Shown one piece after another: positions 9,217-17,618 of a stretch of 19,348 nt of DNA (its first letter is position 1; each line of letters starts with the position of its first letter). The notes beneath the pieces are model-generated. The model was not told where the DNA came from and searched no databases. It worked only from the letters and a program-made list of their open reading frames with translations. Made by a program: the position numbers and the translations under genes. The stretch is from assembly GCA_051117555.1 (NCBI GenBank), contig JBNPEG010000018.1:32636-51983 (forward strand), read 5' to 3'. This DNA is from Elainellaceae cyanobacterium (GTDB lineage Bacteria > Cyanobacteriota > Cyanobacteriia > CAZCXK01).

Positions 9217-10389
9217 ATGAAGGTTTTAGGAGCTTTGTGGATTGCCTCTCAGCTAGGCGGTTCCTTATCCGTTCCAACTTTGCCTGCGGTTAATCCAGGG
9301 TCTGATACACCCACCATAGGGGTCGTATTACCGACGGTTATCTCTCAACCTACTCAGTCTGAGTCGTTGACCCCAGACGACACTGGGCGGTTGTCCCGCA
9401 ATCGGCTAAATCAGAACGCGACTGAGGTATTGCAATTGTCAACTAGCCTGACTCGTTGGTCTGAGGAGCTTCGATCCGTTATCGAACCTGCTTTGCTGAG
9501 GATTAGCGTCGTCCGCGCAGGTTCTGACAGTCAAGAGAAAGTGTTGTCTCAGACGATTGATCGTCAAGACAGCGCACCGTCGCTAAATCAAACTTTAAAT
9601 AGTTGCTCACAATCGGCGCTCCGGCTTCCTTCTCAACATTGGAGAGAAAATTCTCCTATATTTCAAGTGAGGGTTGAGGACGCACTGGTGGTCGAAGTGC
9701 CAACTCAGCGGCTGGCAAATGTAATCGCGCAACAGATTCAACAAATATTTGATCAGCCCAATTTTGATCCCTCGTCGCTGTATCCGGTTGTGATTAATAG
9801 TCATCCCGGCGCGACGTCTGGCCAAGACCCTATTATGGAGATTGACGATCCGGATCTCAGCCTGCTGGAATTGCCGTCAGAACTAATCGCGATCGCCTGG
9901 GTTAATAATCTGCGAATGGCGCTTGGCGAAGCTCCGCTACCGATGTCTGAGGCTCAAGCAGCGGCGTATGGTCTCAAGGAAACGGAGCAAGAGTTTGAAG
10001 GTACAGCCTCATGGTATGGGCCCTATTTTCATGGGCGCCCGACGGCATCGGGTGAAGAATTTGACCAGGATGAGCTAACGGCTGCCCACCCGTCTCTTCC
10101 ATTCGATACCTATTTGAAGGTGACGAATCTGGAGAACGACCGCACCATTATCGTCCGAGTGAATGACCGAGGGCCTTATATCGGTCGGCGATCGCTCGAC
10201 CTGTCTCGGAGATCAGCACTTTGCCTAGGCAGCGAAGTCTCTGGCGTCGTGCCCTACCGAGCTGTAATCATGAAGCCCGCCCCTCCTAGCAAGACCTCAG
10301 AAGACTCTGATGCAACGCCAGCAATGGTTTCATCCACGACGGTTAAGAGAGAGGGGGAGGAGACACTAAGACTGGCTCTCAAATCTTAA
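9217..10389 (+). CDS. rlpA: RlpA-family septal ring lytic transglycosylase (DPBB domain) with long N-terminal extension
   Basis: EGTASWYGPYFHGRPTASGE...TAAHPSLPFDTYLKVTNL...VRVNDRGPY...LDLS is the RlpA double-psi beta-barrel signature. Confidence 0.9.
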   Translation: MKVLGALWIASQLGGSLSVPTLPAVNPGSDTPTIGVVLPTVISQPTQSESLTPDDTGRLSRNRLNQNATEVLQLSTSLTRWSEELRSVIEPALLRISVVRAGSDSQEKVLSQTIDRQDSAPSLNQTLNSCSQSALRLPSQHWRENSPIFQVRVEDALVVEVPTQRLANVIAQQIQQIFDQPNFDPSSLYPVVINSHPGATSGQDPIMEIDDPDLSLLELPSELIAIAWVNNLRMALGEAPLPMSEAQAAAYGLKETEQEFEGTASWYGPYFHGRPTASGEEFDQDELTAAHPSLPFDTYLKVTNLENDRTIIVRVNDRGPYIGRRSLDLSRRSALCLGSEVSGVVPYRAVIMKPAPPSKTSEDSDATPAMVSSTTVKREGEETLRLALKS

Positions 10390-10391
10390 GG

Positions 10392-10423
10392 AGCTTGTAG
10401 AAGCCTACAGGCTGAGATTTTTT
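10392..10423 (+). terminator. Possible intrinsic terminator after rlpA
   Basis: Stem agcttgtag-aagc-ctacaggct (one G-U pair) followed by gagatttttt, directly after the stop codon, between convergent genes. Confidence 0.45.
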
Positions 10424-10491
10424 GCGGATCGCCTGTACGGCTCCTGTGCTGTGCCCTAGTTTGGGGAGTTAGCATACGCCATAGGAAGACT

Positions 10492-11124
10492 CTACACGAT
10501 CGGATCTTGTGAAAGAACCAGATGGCGATTACGATCGACGGTGATCCACCCCTCATCACGGAGCTGGCTCAACAGTCGAGTAATTGTAACGCGAGTCGTG
10601 CCGATTGCGTTGGCAAGCTGTTGATGAGTTAGCCGCACTGTGATGCGGGTGCCGCCTTGAACGGGTTGCCCGACTTCTTGCTTCAAGAGCAAGAGTAAGT
10701 GACGGAGACGATCTTCAACCCGGCGATATCCAACCATGGCAAGCATCGCTTCGGTTTGACGGAGGCGCCGAGTGACATGGCGAAAAATGCCTTGCGCAAG
10801 AGCAGGAGACTGTTCGACCTCCGATAGAGTGAGCCGCATCAAATCAGCACTCGACAAGGCAATCGCCTGATAAGGGCGAATTAGCGTCAACGGCAATCCA
10901 AACGGCATAGACGGACAGGCTAGCCCCAACAGTGATTCGTCTCCAGTGTCATAGAGTGTTCCAAGCTGAACAACACCCCGACAGACAACCCAGATCTCGT
11001 GAGGCTTCATCGAAATCACCTGACCGCTTGCAAACGGGTGTAGCGTCCGTCCTTGATAGAGTTCTTCAAGAAGCTGACGTAAGTCAGGCTGAATAGGCGC
11101 TTCTGAAACAAATGAGTGAAGCAT
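10492..11124 (-). CDS. Crp/Fnr-family transcriptional regulator with NtcA-like HTH (not NtcA itself)
   Basis: N-terminal cNMP-type fold (VVCRGVVQL) and C-terminal HTH RLTHQQLANAIGTTRVTITRLL. Confidence 0.9.
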   Translation of the reverse strand: MLHSFVSEAPIQPDLRQLLEELYQGRTLHPFASGQVISMKPHEIWVVCRGVVQLGTLYDTGDESLLGLACPSMPFGLPLTLIRPYQAIALSSADLMRLTLSEVEQSPALAQGIFRHVTRRLRQTEAMLAMVGYRRVEDRLRHLLLLLKQEVGQPVQGGTRITVRLTHQQLANAIGTTRVTITRLLSQLRDEGWITVDRNRHLVLSQDPIV

Positions 11125-11208
11125 ATTATAGTTTGGCTAGGACCCACTTCAAACGTTAGCCGCCTGACCTAAAGAAAAGGTGAAGTCGAGGTTTAGAGCA
11201 GTTTAAGT

Positions 11209-11230
11209 TTTTGTAATTTAGATAACAAAA
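11209..11230. promoter_or_regulatory. NtcA/Crp-type palindrome upstream of the Crp/Fnr gene
   Basis: TTTTGTAATTTAGATAACAAAA: TGT-N10-ACA (GTA-N8-AAC) with 18/22 positions dyad-symmetric, about 85 nt upstream of the start codon. Confidence 0.5.
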
Positions 11231-11249
11231 GTTGGAGGCTTGGCATCCA

Positions 11250-12782
11250 TCAGGTCGTTAGGCAGCGGATGGCTTCAAGCATTCCTTTTGCTTTGTTGAG
11301 CGTTTCCTGATATTCCTTCTGAGGGTCAGAATCAGCAACGAGCCCTGCCCCAGCTTGGACGCTGACAATATGCCGCCCATCGGGCTGCTGCTGAGCGACC
11401 ATGGTGCGGATGGCGATCGCAGTATTGAGCTGTCCCTCAAAGTCATAGTAGCCATATGCGCCTGAGTAAGGTCCTCGACGGCATGGTTCTAAGTCATGGA
11501 TAATTTCCATTGCCCGAATTTTAGGGGCACCGCTAACGGTTCCGGCTGGAAAACACGCTTTTAACAATGCCCATGCAGTTTGATCAGGAGCAAGTTTTCC
11601 AATGACGTTACTGACGATGTGCATTACATGAGAGTAGCGCTCGATTACCATGAGTTCATCGACGTGAACTGATCCCCGCTCACAGACTCGTCCTAGGTCA
11701 TTACGCCCCAGGTCAACAAGCATTACGTGTTCAGCAACCTCTTTGGGGTCGTGTAGCAAATCCTCAGCTAATGCTGCATCGTCTTGGACAGATTTACCGC
11801 GTGGACGAGTACCTGCAATGGGTCGCAGGGTTACGACCGTGGCAGAGTTGTCCTCAGGGGAACGTTCGGCTTTGACCATCACCTCTGGGCTAGAGCCAAT
11901 AATTTGCCAATCTCGAAAGTGAAAATAGGCCATATACGGCGATGGATTGATGAGGCGAAGTGACCGATATAGAGCAAACGGATCGCCTTGATAATCAGTT
12001 GAAAGCCGCTGAGAAATGACGACCTGAAAGATATCTCCAGCGCGAATGTGAGCTTTTGCCTGTTCTACGCTAGTACAAAAGTCATCCTTGGAGACATTAC
12101 TGGTATAAGACATCCCTGTGCGATCGCCCGAGGGAGGCGTCCATTGTAAGACAGTATCGCGTCCTGAAAGCGGCAATTGCAGCTTGTTGACCATCTGCTC
12201 GACTCGGCTGCAAGCCTCATCATAGGCGTGTTTTAAATCAACATCAGGATCGCGCAAATCGGCATAGGCGATCGCCCAAATCTTTCGCTGTACCTGGTCA
12301 AAAATCAGCAGATGATCGATCTGCATCCATAATCCATCTGGGAGATCGGTCTCTTCGCCAGGATAAATCGGCACCCGGGGCTCAATCCAGTGAATCAGCT
12401 CATAGCCCCAAAACCCAAACAGCCCCCCAATACCTGGCGGCAGTTGTGGGAGCTTAACGGGAACATACGGATGTAAACAATCAGACACAACTTGAAATGG
12501 ATCGCCCTCAAACACGTGGCGATCGCCGTTTCGATGCATCTGTGTAGTCTGATTGCCACGAGCTTCGAGAATCCAAATCGGATCACATCCTAGAAAACTG
12601 TAGCGAGCTAGGTTTTCGCCGCCTTCGACCGATTCTAGTAAAAAGCTGTAAGGTTGACCCGCACAGACCTTATACCAGGCTGACACGGGCGTTTCTAGAT
12701 CAGCAACCCACTCTTGATAAACCGGGATGAAGTTACCTTGGGCGGCAAGTTCCAAAAATTGCTCAAAATCAAGGGCGACCAT
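11250..12782 (-). CDS. trpE: Anthranilate synthase component I
   Basis: ADLETP, FLLESVEGGE, GDIFQVVISQR, NPSPYM, PIAGTRPRG, EHVMLVDLGRNDLGRV and FPAGTVSGAPKIRAMEII motifs. Lies downstream of psaD, as is common in cyanobacteria. Confidence 0.96.
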   Translation of the reverse strand: MVALDFEQFLELAAQGNFIPVYQEWVADLETPVSAWYKVCAGQPYSFLLESVEGGENLARYSFLGCDPIWILEARGNQTTQMHRNGDRHVFEGDPFQVVSDCLHPYVPVKLPQLPPGIGGLFGFWGYELIHWIEPRVPIYPGEETDLPDGLWMQIDHLLIFDQVQRKIWAIAYADLRDPDVDLKHAYDEACSRVEQMVNKLQLPLSGRDTVLQWTPPSGDRTGMSYTSNVSKDDFCTSVEQAKAHIRAGDIFQVVISQRLSTDYQGDPFALYRSLRLINPSPYMAYFHFRDWQIIGSSPEVMVKAERSPEDNSATVVTLRPIAGTRPRGKSVQDDAALAEDLLHDPKEVAEHVMLVDLGRNDLGRVCERGSVHVDELMVIERYSHVMHIVSNVIGKLAPDQTAWALLKACFPAGTVSGAPKIRAMEIIHDLEPCRRGPYSGAYGYYDFEGQLNTAIAIRTMVAQQQPDGRHIVSVQAGAGLVADSDPQKEYQETLNKAKGMLEAIRCLTT

Positions 12783-12850
12783 AGCCTGTGCTCATGCCTC
12801 AAGAACCTGTGTGGGCAGTATGAATAGCCATCCGAACGGCTGCAATTTAT

Positions 12851-12900
12851 TCTAAACCACGCTTGAGTCTAAACCACGCTTGGCTCAAACCTTGACGCTT
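12851..12900. repeat. 17-bp tandem duplication with a degenerate third unit
   Basis: tctaaaccacgcttgag / tctaaaccacgcttggc / tcaaaccttgacgctt. Confidence 0.85.
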
Positions 12901-12906
12901 TTCCTA

Positions 12907-13001
12907 TATAGCCCTACGGGCTTAGGTTTGGTGTGGTGACCCCGCGCCGGGCGCGGGGTCACCACACGTTCAGCGTCCTAACGCGAGAGCGTCAGGCTAT
13001 A
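12907..13001 (+). mobile_element. MITE-like element, family B long copy carrying a perfect GC-rich palindrome
   Basis: Ends tatagcc...ggctata. Internal 18-bp arms gtgtggtgaccccgcgcc-g-ggcgcggggtcaccacac (12931-12967). Homologous to 7115-7172. Confidence 0.8.
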
Positions 13002-13032
13002 GCAACCGCCACAATTTTTTTGACGCACAAAA

Positions 13033-13067
13033 GTAGAGGGGCACGAAATATTCGCGCCCCTGACTAC
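13033..13067 (-). terminator. Hairpin downstream of psaD (terminator or RNA-stabilising stem; GTAG-REP-like)
   Basis: On the minus strand, aggggcgcgaa-tat-ttcgtgcccct is followed by ctactttt. The hairpin is bounded by gtag...ctac. Confidence 0.55.
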
Positions 13068-13127
13068 CCGGTAATGAGATAAAGATAAACACTGTCAGAT
13101 GGTGACAATGCCACCTAGGCGATCGCT

Positions 13128-13556
13128 CTATGGATCGAAGGTTTTCCGCCCCGTGAATTTGACGGTCGCCGGTTCAGGATTCTTGCCGATATTTCGGTCA
13201 ATTTTCCCGACATACGGACGCCCCTCATTAACTTTCTCAGGGAAGACTCCATCTTTCGGATGCAAGTATTGAATTTCACCGCTGGGATAAATTCGATAGA
13301 TTTTAAAGTCTTCTATCTTGGGCTTGAACTTAGTGCGAAATTGAGCACCAAGCGCAAGGCACTGCTCTTTGCGGGCAAAGTAAAAAAGATTTTCACCTTC
13401 ATGCATGATCGCAGCGCCACCCGTCGGCATTTCAAAGACTTGCTCTTTAGAGCTTGTCCAGGTGATGGCGTATTTTTCTTCAGTCTCAGCGCTAGTCAGC
13501 AGCCCACCGGTGCTGCCACCGAATTTAGGCGTTTGTCCAGTAAGAGTTTCTGTCAT
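13128..13556 (-). CDS. psaD: Photosystem I reaction centre subunit II
   Basis: [39 protein letters not shown] and [15 protein letters not shown] motifs. Confidence 0.99.
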   Translation of the reverse strand: MTETLTGQTPKFGGSTGGLLTSAETEEKYAITWTSSKEQVFEMPTGGAAIMHEGENLFYFARKEQCLALGAQFRTKFKPKIEDFKIYRIYPSGEIQYLHPKDGVFPEKVNEGRPYVGKIDRNIGKNPEPATVKFTGRKTFDP

Positions 13557-13655
13557 AAATCTTTCTCTGAACAGTTTGATGGAATATTATCACTGCGGCT
13601 TAGGCAAATGTTCGAGTTTGTCAGGATCTGTTACAGTTCTTCAACTCGTGATTCA

Positions 13656-15293
13656 TTAAAACTGAGGCATTTCAACGTGGGGGATGAGTTCGAGGGGGCC
13701 TAACCCCAGGTCATCAGCAGAGAGCGATCGCGCCTCAAACATTGCCATCATATCGTTGAGCCCCGGATTGCCCCGCGCAGCACCCGTCAGCCCTCTGGCA
13801 ATCACGAGTCCGCAGTGCCCATTTGTTTTTTTGCAGCGCTGATCCCACTTTTTGCGAGCGCGTATATGAACCGGATCATCCTCAACAAATTCTCCAAACA
13901 AATGCAGTTCCCCATCGTGAGTCTGTAAAATCCCCAAATCATATCGCTGCTGAGCAAACGGGTCTTCGCCGGGGTTAAAGCAAATGGCTTGTAGCCCACC
14001 CGCATCCTGGATTGCCTCAATCAACCCTAACGCCTTGGGGCGAGATGTTTGGATCAAAATAATGGGAAACCCATCGGACTTGGATGGAAAGTCTACCCCG
14101 GCAGGTTGGTGAAATTTTGCCACGTGGCGCAACGCTTTTAAGACTTCCCACGGCAGGGCTCCGAGGCTAAAAAAGGAATTAGGGGGTACGAGGTCGTGGT
14201 GCAAAACTGGCAGAGAGCTCTGAGAGACATCATCGAGGTCGCTTAGGCTGGCTTCGGTAGACATTCTAAAGAGTTCTTCAGCGAGCTCAGGCAAAGTCGA
14301 TACTTTGACAGAGATCTTTGTGCTCTGGTCAGTAGGATTCGGAATCCGGTAGCGACTGGTAATCTCTGGAAAATCGTCGTTGAGACGATCGAGATGCTGA
14401 TTAAAAAAGCGGTGTAAGGCTTGAAGGGCGACTAAAACAGCGATCGCCTCATCGTCGTGCAAAACAGGTCGCATGCCTTCTAAGGGATGCAGATTGCCAA
14501 ATGCCGGTTGAATATCGGACATCTCATCATCGTCTTGTTCTTCAGAACTCTCCCGATCGCTCTCCTGCTCGAATGTTAGAAAAAAGCAATCTTGCTCTAA
14601 GAAGGCTTCCTCCAAGTGGTCAGCGGATTCATCAGCCTCTAAAACCGCTTGTCGAAATTGTTTTAGCGAGTCAAGAGAACGATACATAAGAATGCCATAC
14701 TCGACTCCTAACATGCCCAACAGCGAAATATATAGAGTATCAATATCGCCATGGTTGAGCTTGATTGCAATGATTTTTTCTTCGTCTAAATATTTCCATG
14801 GGGCATCATTCCAGATAGTTTGTGCTGCGCCAAGCAGCGCATCAGCATGATCTGGAGGAAGCTGAGGAGGACGAGAACCCGCTGCCTCATATAGACCTCG
14901 GAAGATTTCATCAATCAGTGGAAGATCTTGAGCATAGTCAACATGAATATCGAGCTCTTGAAGCACCCCCCGCAAAAAAAATTGCGCCTCTCGATTTCGC
15001 ACCACAATCTTTTGAGGACGAGCAGGAGGGGCAGCCCCGTGGGGAAACTCCATGGCGCGAATGAGGGTTCTAACGAGAGCTTCTGGTCCTGCGTCTGCGG
15101 GTACGACATCCATCGCCCTCACCACTGCTTCTGTTCCGTCTACCCAAAGGATGCATTCTCCCCGAGGCTCATCGCTCGATTCAGGGCTGCTTACCAGATT
15201 GGCAACCAAGGAGCGGCGATCGCCCTCCCAAACGCTAGGAACCTGACGCAACTTCTGAAGCCGACGGCGGGTAGACCGGTTAAAAGTAGTCAT
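13656..15293 (-). CDS. Conserved cyanobacterial hypothetical protein (DUF6930-like)
   Basis: 545-aa ORF with motifs VWEGDRR, RPQKIVVRNRE.QFFLRGVL, APWKYL, ISLLGMLGVEYG and ICFNPGEDP. Family name is from recall only. Confidence 0.75.
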   Translation of the reverse strand: MTTFNRSTRRRLQKLRQVPSVWEGDRRSLVANLVSSPESSDEPRGECILWVDGTEAVVRAMDVVPADAGPEALVRTLIRAMEFPHGAAPPARPQKIVVRNREAQFFLRGVLQELDIHVDYAQDLPLIDEIFRGLYEAAGSRPPQLPPDHADALLGAAQTIWNDAPWKYLDEEKIIAIKLNHGDIDTLYISLLGMLGVEYGILMYRSLDSLKQFRQAVLEADESADHLEEAFLEQDCFFLTFEQESDRESSEEQDDDEMSDIQPAFGNLHPLEGMRPVLHDDEAIAVLVALQALHRFFNQHLDRLNDDFPEITSRYRIPNPTDQSTKISVKVSTLPELAEELFRMSTEASLSDLDDVSQSSLPVLHHDLVPPNSFFSLGALPWEVLKALRHVAKFHQPAGVDFPSKSDGFPIILIQTSRPKALGLIEAIQDAGGLQAICFNPGEDPFAQQRYDLGILQTHDGELHLFGEFVEDDPVHIRARKKWDQRCKKTNGHCGLVIARGLTGAARGNPGLNDMMAMFEARSLSADDLGLGPLELIPHVEMPQF

Positions 15294-15673
15294 AAACCAA
15301 ACACAATGATGTCTAAGACAGTTAAAACAACGTAAACAGGAGGAATCATCCGAATATCAAGATGTGTCAATCAGCACCATCCTTAACTCCGGACGTCATA
15401 AACAGACTAATCCACTATCTTAACCACCATCTTAGGGCGTCTCAGATTTTTCCTCAGACTTAAATCATTACAGGACAGAATACATCCTGTTACAACCTAA
15501 ATTCGGAGGTGCCTTGAAGAGGAGATGGGGTTAGCGATTATAGTAGGAATATATCAACGAACATCGGGTTGAACCTCAGTTCAGTGATCGTCAGCCATTA
15601 ATTCAGTGATTAAATGGACTGGCGCAAGTGCTTGATTTAGACGCTTAGACAACCCAAGGAGTCGTGTACGCTC

Positions 15674-16030
15674 ATGACACAAGCAACTCAATCTCAACAA
15701 CGTGGCATCATGATCACGGATGCAGCACTCAAGCAAGTGTTGCAGCTGCGAGAGAACCAAGGCAATCAGGATCTCTGTCTACGGGTCGGTGTACGCCAGG
15801 GCGGATGCTCTGGGATGTCCTACACCATGGATTTTGAAGACTCAAGTAATGTTCGCGATACCGACGAAGTTTTTGATTATCAAGGCTTTAAGGTCGTTTG
15901 CGATCCAAAAAGTATGCTCTATCTGTATGGACTGATGCTGGACTACAGTGATGCCATGATTGGAGGCGGATTCCAGTTTACGAATCCGAATGCCAATCAA
16001 ACGTGTGGTTGTGGTAAGTCGTTCGGCTAG
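15674..16030 (+). CDS. iscA: A-type Fe-S cluster carrier (HesB/IscA family)
   Basis: [15 protein letters not shown] and [16 protein letters not shown] contain the three conserved Cys. AAGGAG lies upstream. Confidence 0.95.
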   Translation: MTQATQSQQRGIMITDAALKQVLQLRENQGNQDLCLRVGVRQGGCSGMSYTMDFEDSSNVRDTDEVFDYQGFKVVCDPKSMLYLYGLMLDYSDAMIGGGFQFTNPNANQTCGCGKSFG

Positions 16031-16081
16031 GGCTGTCATTTTGTTAGCGCGATGGGTTAGCTGCCGAGACTAGCCCTCGTT

Positions 16082-16110
16082 GGTGGACGATGAAATCGTC
16101 CACCTCTTTT
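16082..16110 (+). terminator. Intrinsic terminator after iscA
   Basis: Perfect 10-bp stem ggtggacgat-gaa-atcgtccacc followed by tctttt. Confidence 0.7.
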
Positions 16111-16262
16111 CCTCTCCAATGGAGCTGTTCCCAATCGATGGGAGCGTCGTTTGGAGAGGTTTTGCGTTGGCTGCCCAACCCATGTGTCTGTTGATGACGA
16201 TCGACTAGGCTGGGCGGTGCGGTATTGTTGTGTTTTGACCATTGATTCAATGTTTCAACGTT

Positions 16263-16685
16263 ATGACTCAAACAGTGGATGAACTTTTTGACGAGGGGAT
16301 TGAGCGGTATCAGTCGGGTGAAGACGCTGCTCAACTGATTCCAGTATTTAAGGACGTGTGTGAACGGGCTGCAAAAAGCAGCCCCGCCTGGACGTGTCTG
16401 GCGTGGCTTTATCTATTAGATGACAAGCCATCTCAAGCCTATAAAGCAGCGCAACGAGCCGTGAAACTCAATCCAGAAGACCCACAAGCTCGGGTTAATT
16501 TGGCGATCGCCATGCTTGAGACCGACAAAAAAGGAGTGCGATCGCACATTGAAATGGCGAGTCAATTAGTAGCGGCGGTTCCTGAATTGCGAGACGAGGT
16601 TAAGAAAAATTGTGAAGAAGGGTTAAGTAGAAAACCGGACTGGGAGAGTTTGATTCGAGTCAAAACGTGGTTATTTGAAAACTAG
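16263..16685 (+). CDS. Small TPR-repeat protein
   Basis: AWTCLAWLYLL...AYKAAQRAVKLNPEDPQARVNLAIAML fits a TPR pattern. The ATG at 16263 is preferred to 16242. Confidence 0.85.
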   Translation: MTQTVDELFDEGIERYQSGEDAAQLIPVFKDVCERAAKSSPAWTCLAWLYLLDDKPSQAYKAAQRAVKLNPEDPQARVNLAIAMLETDKKGVRSHIEMASQLVAAVPELRDEVKKNCEEGLSRKPDWESLIRVKTWLFEN

Positions 16686-16876
16686 TCTTTAACCCCCCAA
16701 TTAACTGTATCGAGAGCTGAAATTGTCGGCGGTTTGTTGATATCGCGTAACTTCAGCTCAATGTTTTTTAATAAAAAATCCGTGTTTCTAATGATAAGCT
16801 TTGGTGAAGAGGGGAATCAGATAATATTATGACCCCTTGTCGCATCGGCGTTTGAAAACTCAAGGAGTTGGTCATT

Positions 16877-17059
16877 ATGGACAATATCAACGTTGAAGTT
16901 AAGCCTGAAACTCGTAATCATAAAGGCTTTTTTGTGCAGGAAGCTGCTTACAAATTCATGGGGATCGATCGATCTGGATGGGCATTAATTTGCATCGATG
17001 ACGCGACCTGTCATTACGTTGATCCTGACAATTTAGAACAATTGCGTGACCAAGCTTGA
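16877..17059 (+). CDS. Small protein (60 aa) of unknown function
   Basis: AAGGAG at 16862-16867 lies 9 nt before the ATG at 16877. The gene is followed by a strong terminator. Sequence MDNINVEVKPETRNHKGFFVQEAAYKFMGIDRSGWALICIDDATCHYVDPDNLEQLRDQA. Confidence 0.7.
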   Translation: MDNINVEVKPETRNHKGFFVQEAAYKFMGIDRSGWALICIDDATCHYVDPDNLEQLRDQA

Positions 17060-17111
17060 CGATTTTTAACATCAATTCATTAGGACATTGATAATGTCGC
17101 TAAGATTGCCG

Positions 17112-17147
17112 ATGTGGCTGTTCTCTCTGAGAGCAGCCATATTTTTT
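17112..17147 (+). terminator. Intrinsic terminator after the 60-aa ORF
   Basis: 14-bp stem atgtggctgttctc-tct-gagagcagccatat (two G-U pairs) followed by a T-run. Confidence 0.8.
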
Positions 17148-17181
17148 CAGACGATTGTGAGTGAATAATTGGTTTAATAGC

Positions 17182-17325
17182 TATAGCGATCCTAAATCAT
17201 TCATACCTAAATCATTCATAAAAGGGGAGTGCGGGCATCTTGCCCGCGTCGACAACGTCTTTCCATCAGAAAAAGCTCTGGAAGTTTTTACACACAATTT
17301 ACAAGCGATTTAGGATCGGTCTATA
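17182..17325. mobile_element. MITE-like element, family A copy 2 (degenerate)
   Basis: Left end tatagcgatcctaaat and right end atttaggatcg[gt]ctata form a 16-bp inverted repeat with a 2-nt insertion. Contains a 15-bp tandem duplication cctaaatcattcata (17191-17220) and the hairpin gcgggca-tct-tgcccgc. 3' segment is homologous to 5966-6057. Confidence 0.75.
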
Positions 17326-17367
17326 TAGTGATATGCGCGCGACGCTTTGGGTTGGAGATATGGGTTG

Positions 17368-17610
17368 ATGAAAGATAAGTTTCTCAATTGGCTAAACACT
17401 GCTCTGATGCTGAACTTATTTTTGGTGGTGTTTAGCTTTCTTTGGTTTGCGATCGCCGTTGTGGGGCGATCGCTGGATGTCCCCCTTGGGCTTGAGGTTT
17501 GGTATTCGCTTTGGGATCCCCTCTTTACGCCCGCAATCGGCATTCTCATGGCAGGTGCCATCCTCAGCGGTATTACAAGCTGGGTCAGCCGTCGGTTCAG
17601 TTCTAACTGA
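17368..17610 (+). CDS. Small two-TM membrane protein, hypothetical
   Basis: 80 aa, MKDKFLNWLN...WFAIAVVGRSLDVPLGLEVWYSLWDPLFTPAIGILMAGAILSG, with two hydrophobic segments. GGAG lies upstream. Confidence 0.8.
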   Translation: MKDKFLNWLNTALMLNLFLVVFSFLWFAIAVVGRSLDVPLGLEVWYSLWDPLFTPAIGILMAGAILSGITSWVSRRFSSN

Positions 17611-17618
17611 ATCTGCTC

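Noticed and set aside
10492..11124. Calling this gene ntcA
   Set aside because: Only the HTH resembles NtcA. The N-terminal domain lacks the highly conserved NtcA sequence.
11250..13556. psaD-trpE adjacency as a novel link
   Set aside because: This gene order is already known to be common in cyanobacteria.
13615..13650. RpaB HLR1 site upstream of psaD
   Set aside because: Only one good half-site (gttaca) is present, with no properly spaced second repeat.
16044..16334. Minus-strand ORFs between iscA and the TPR gene
   Set aside because: They cross a terminator hairpin, the longer one overlaps the TPR gene, and neither has a motif or ribosome-binding site.
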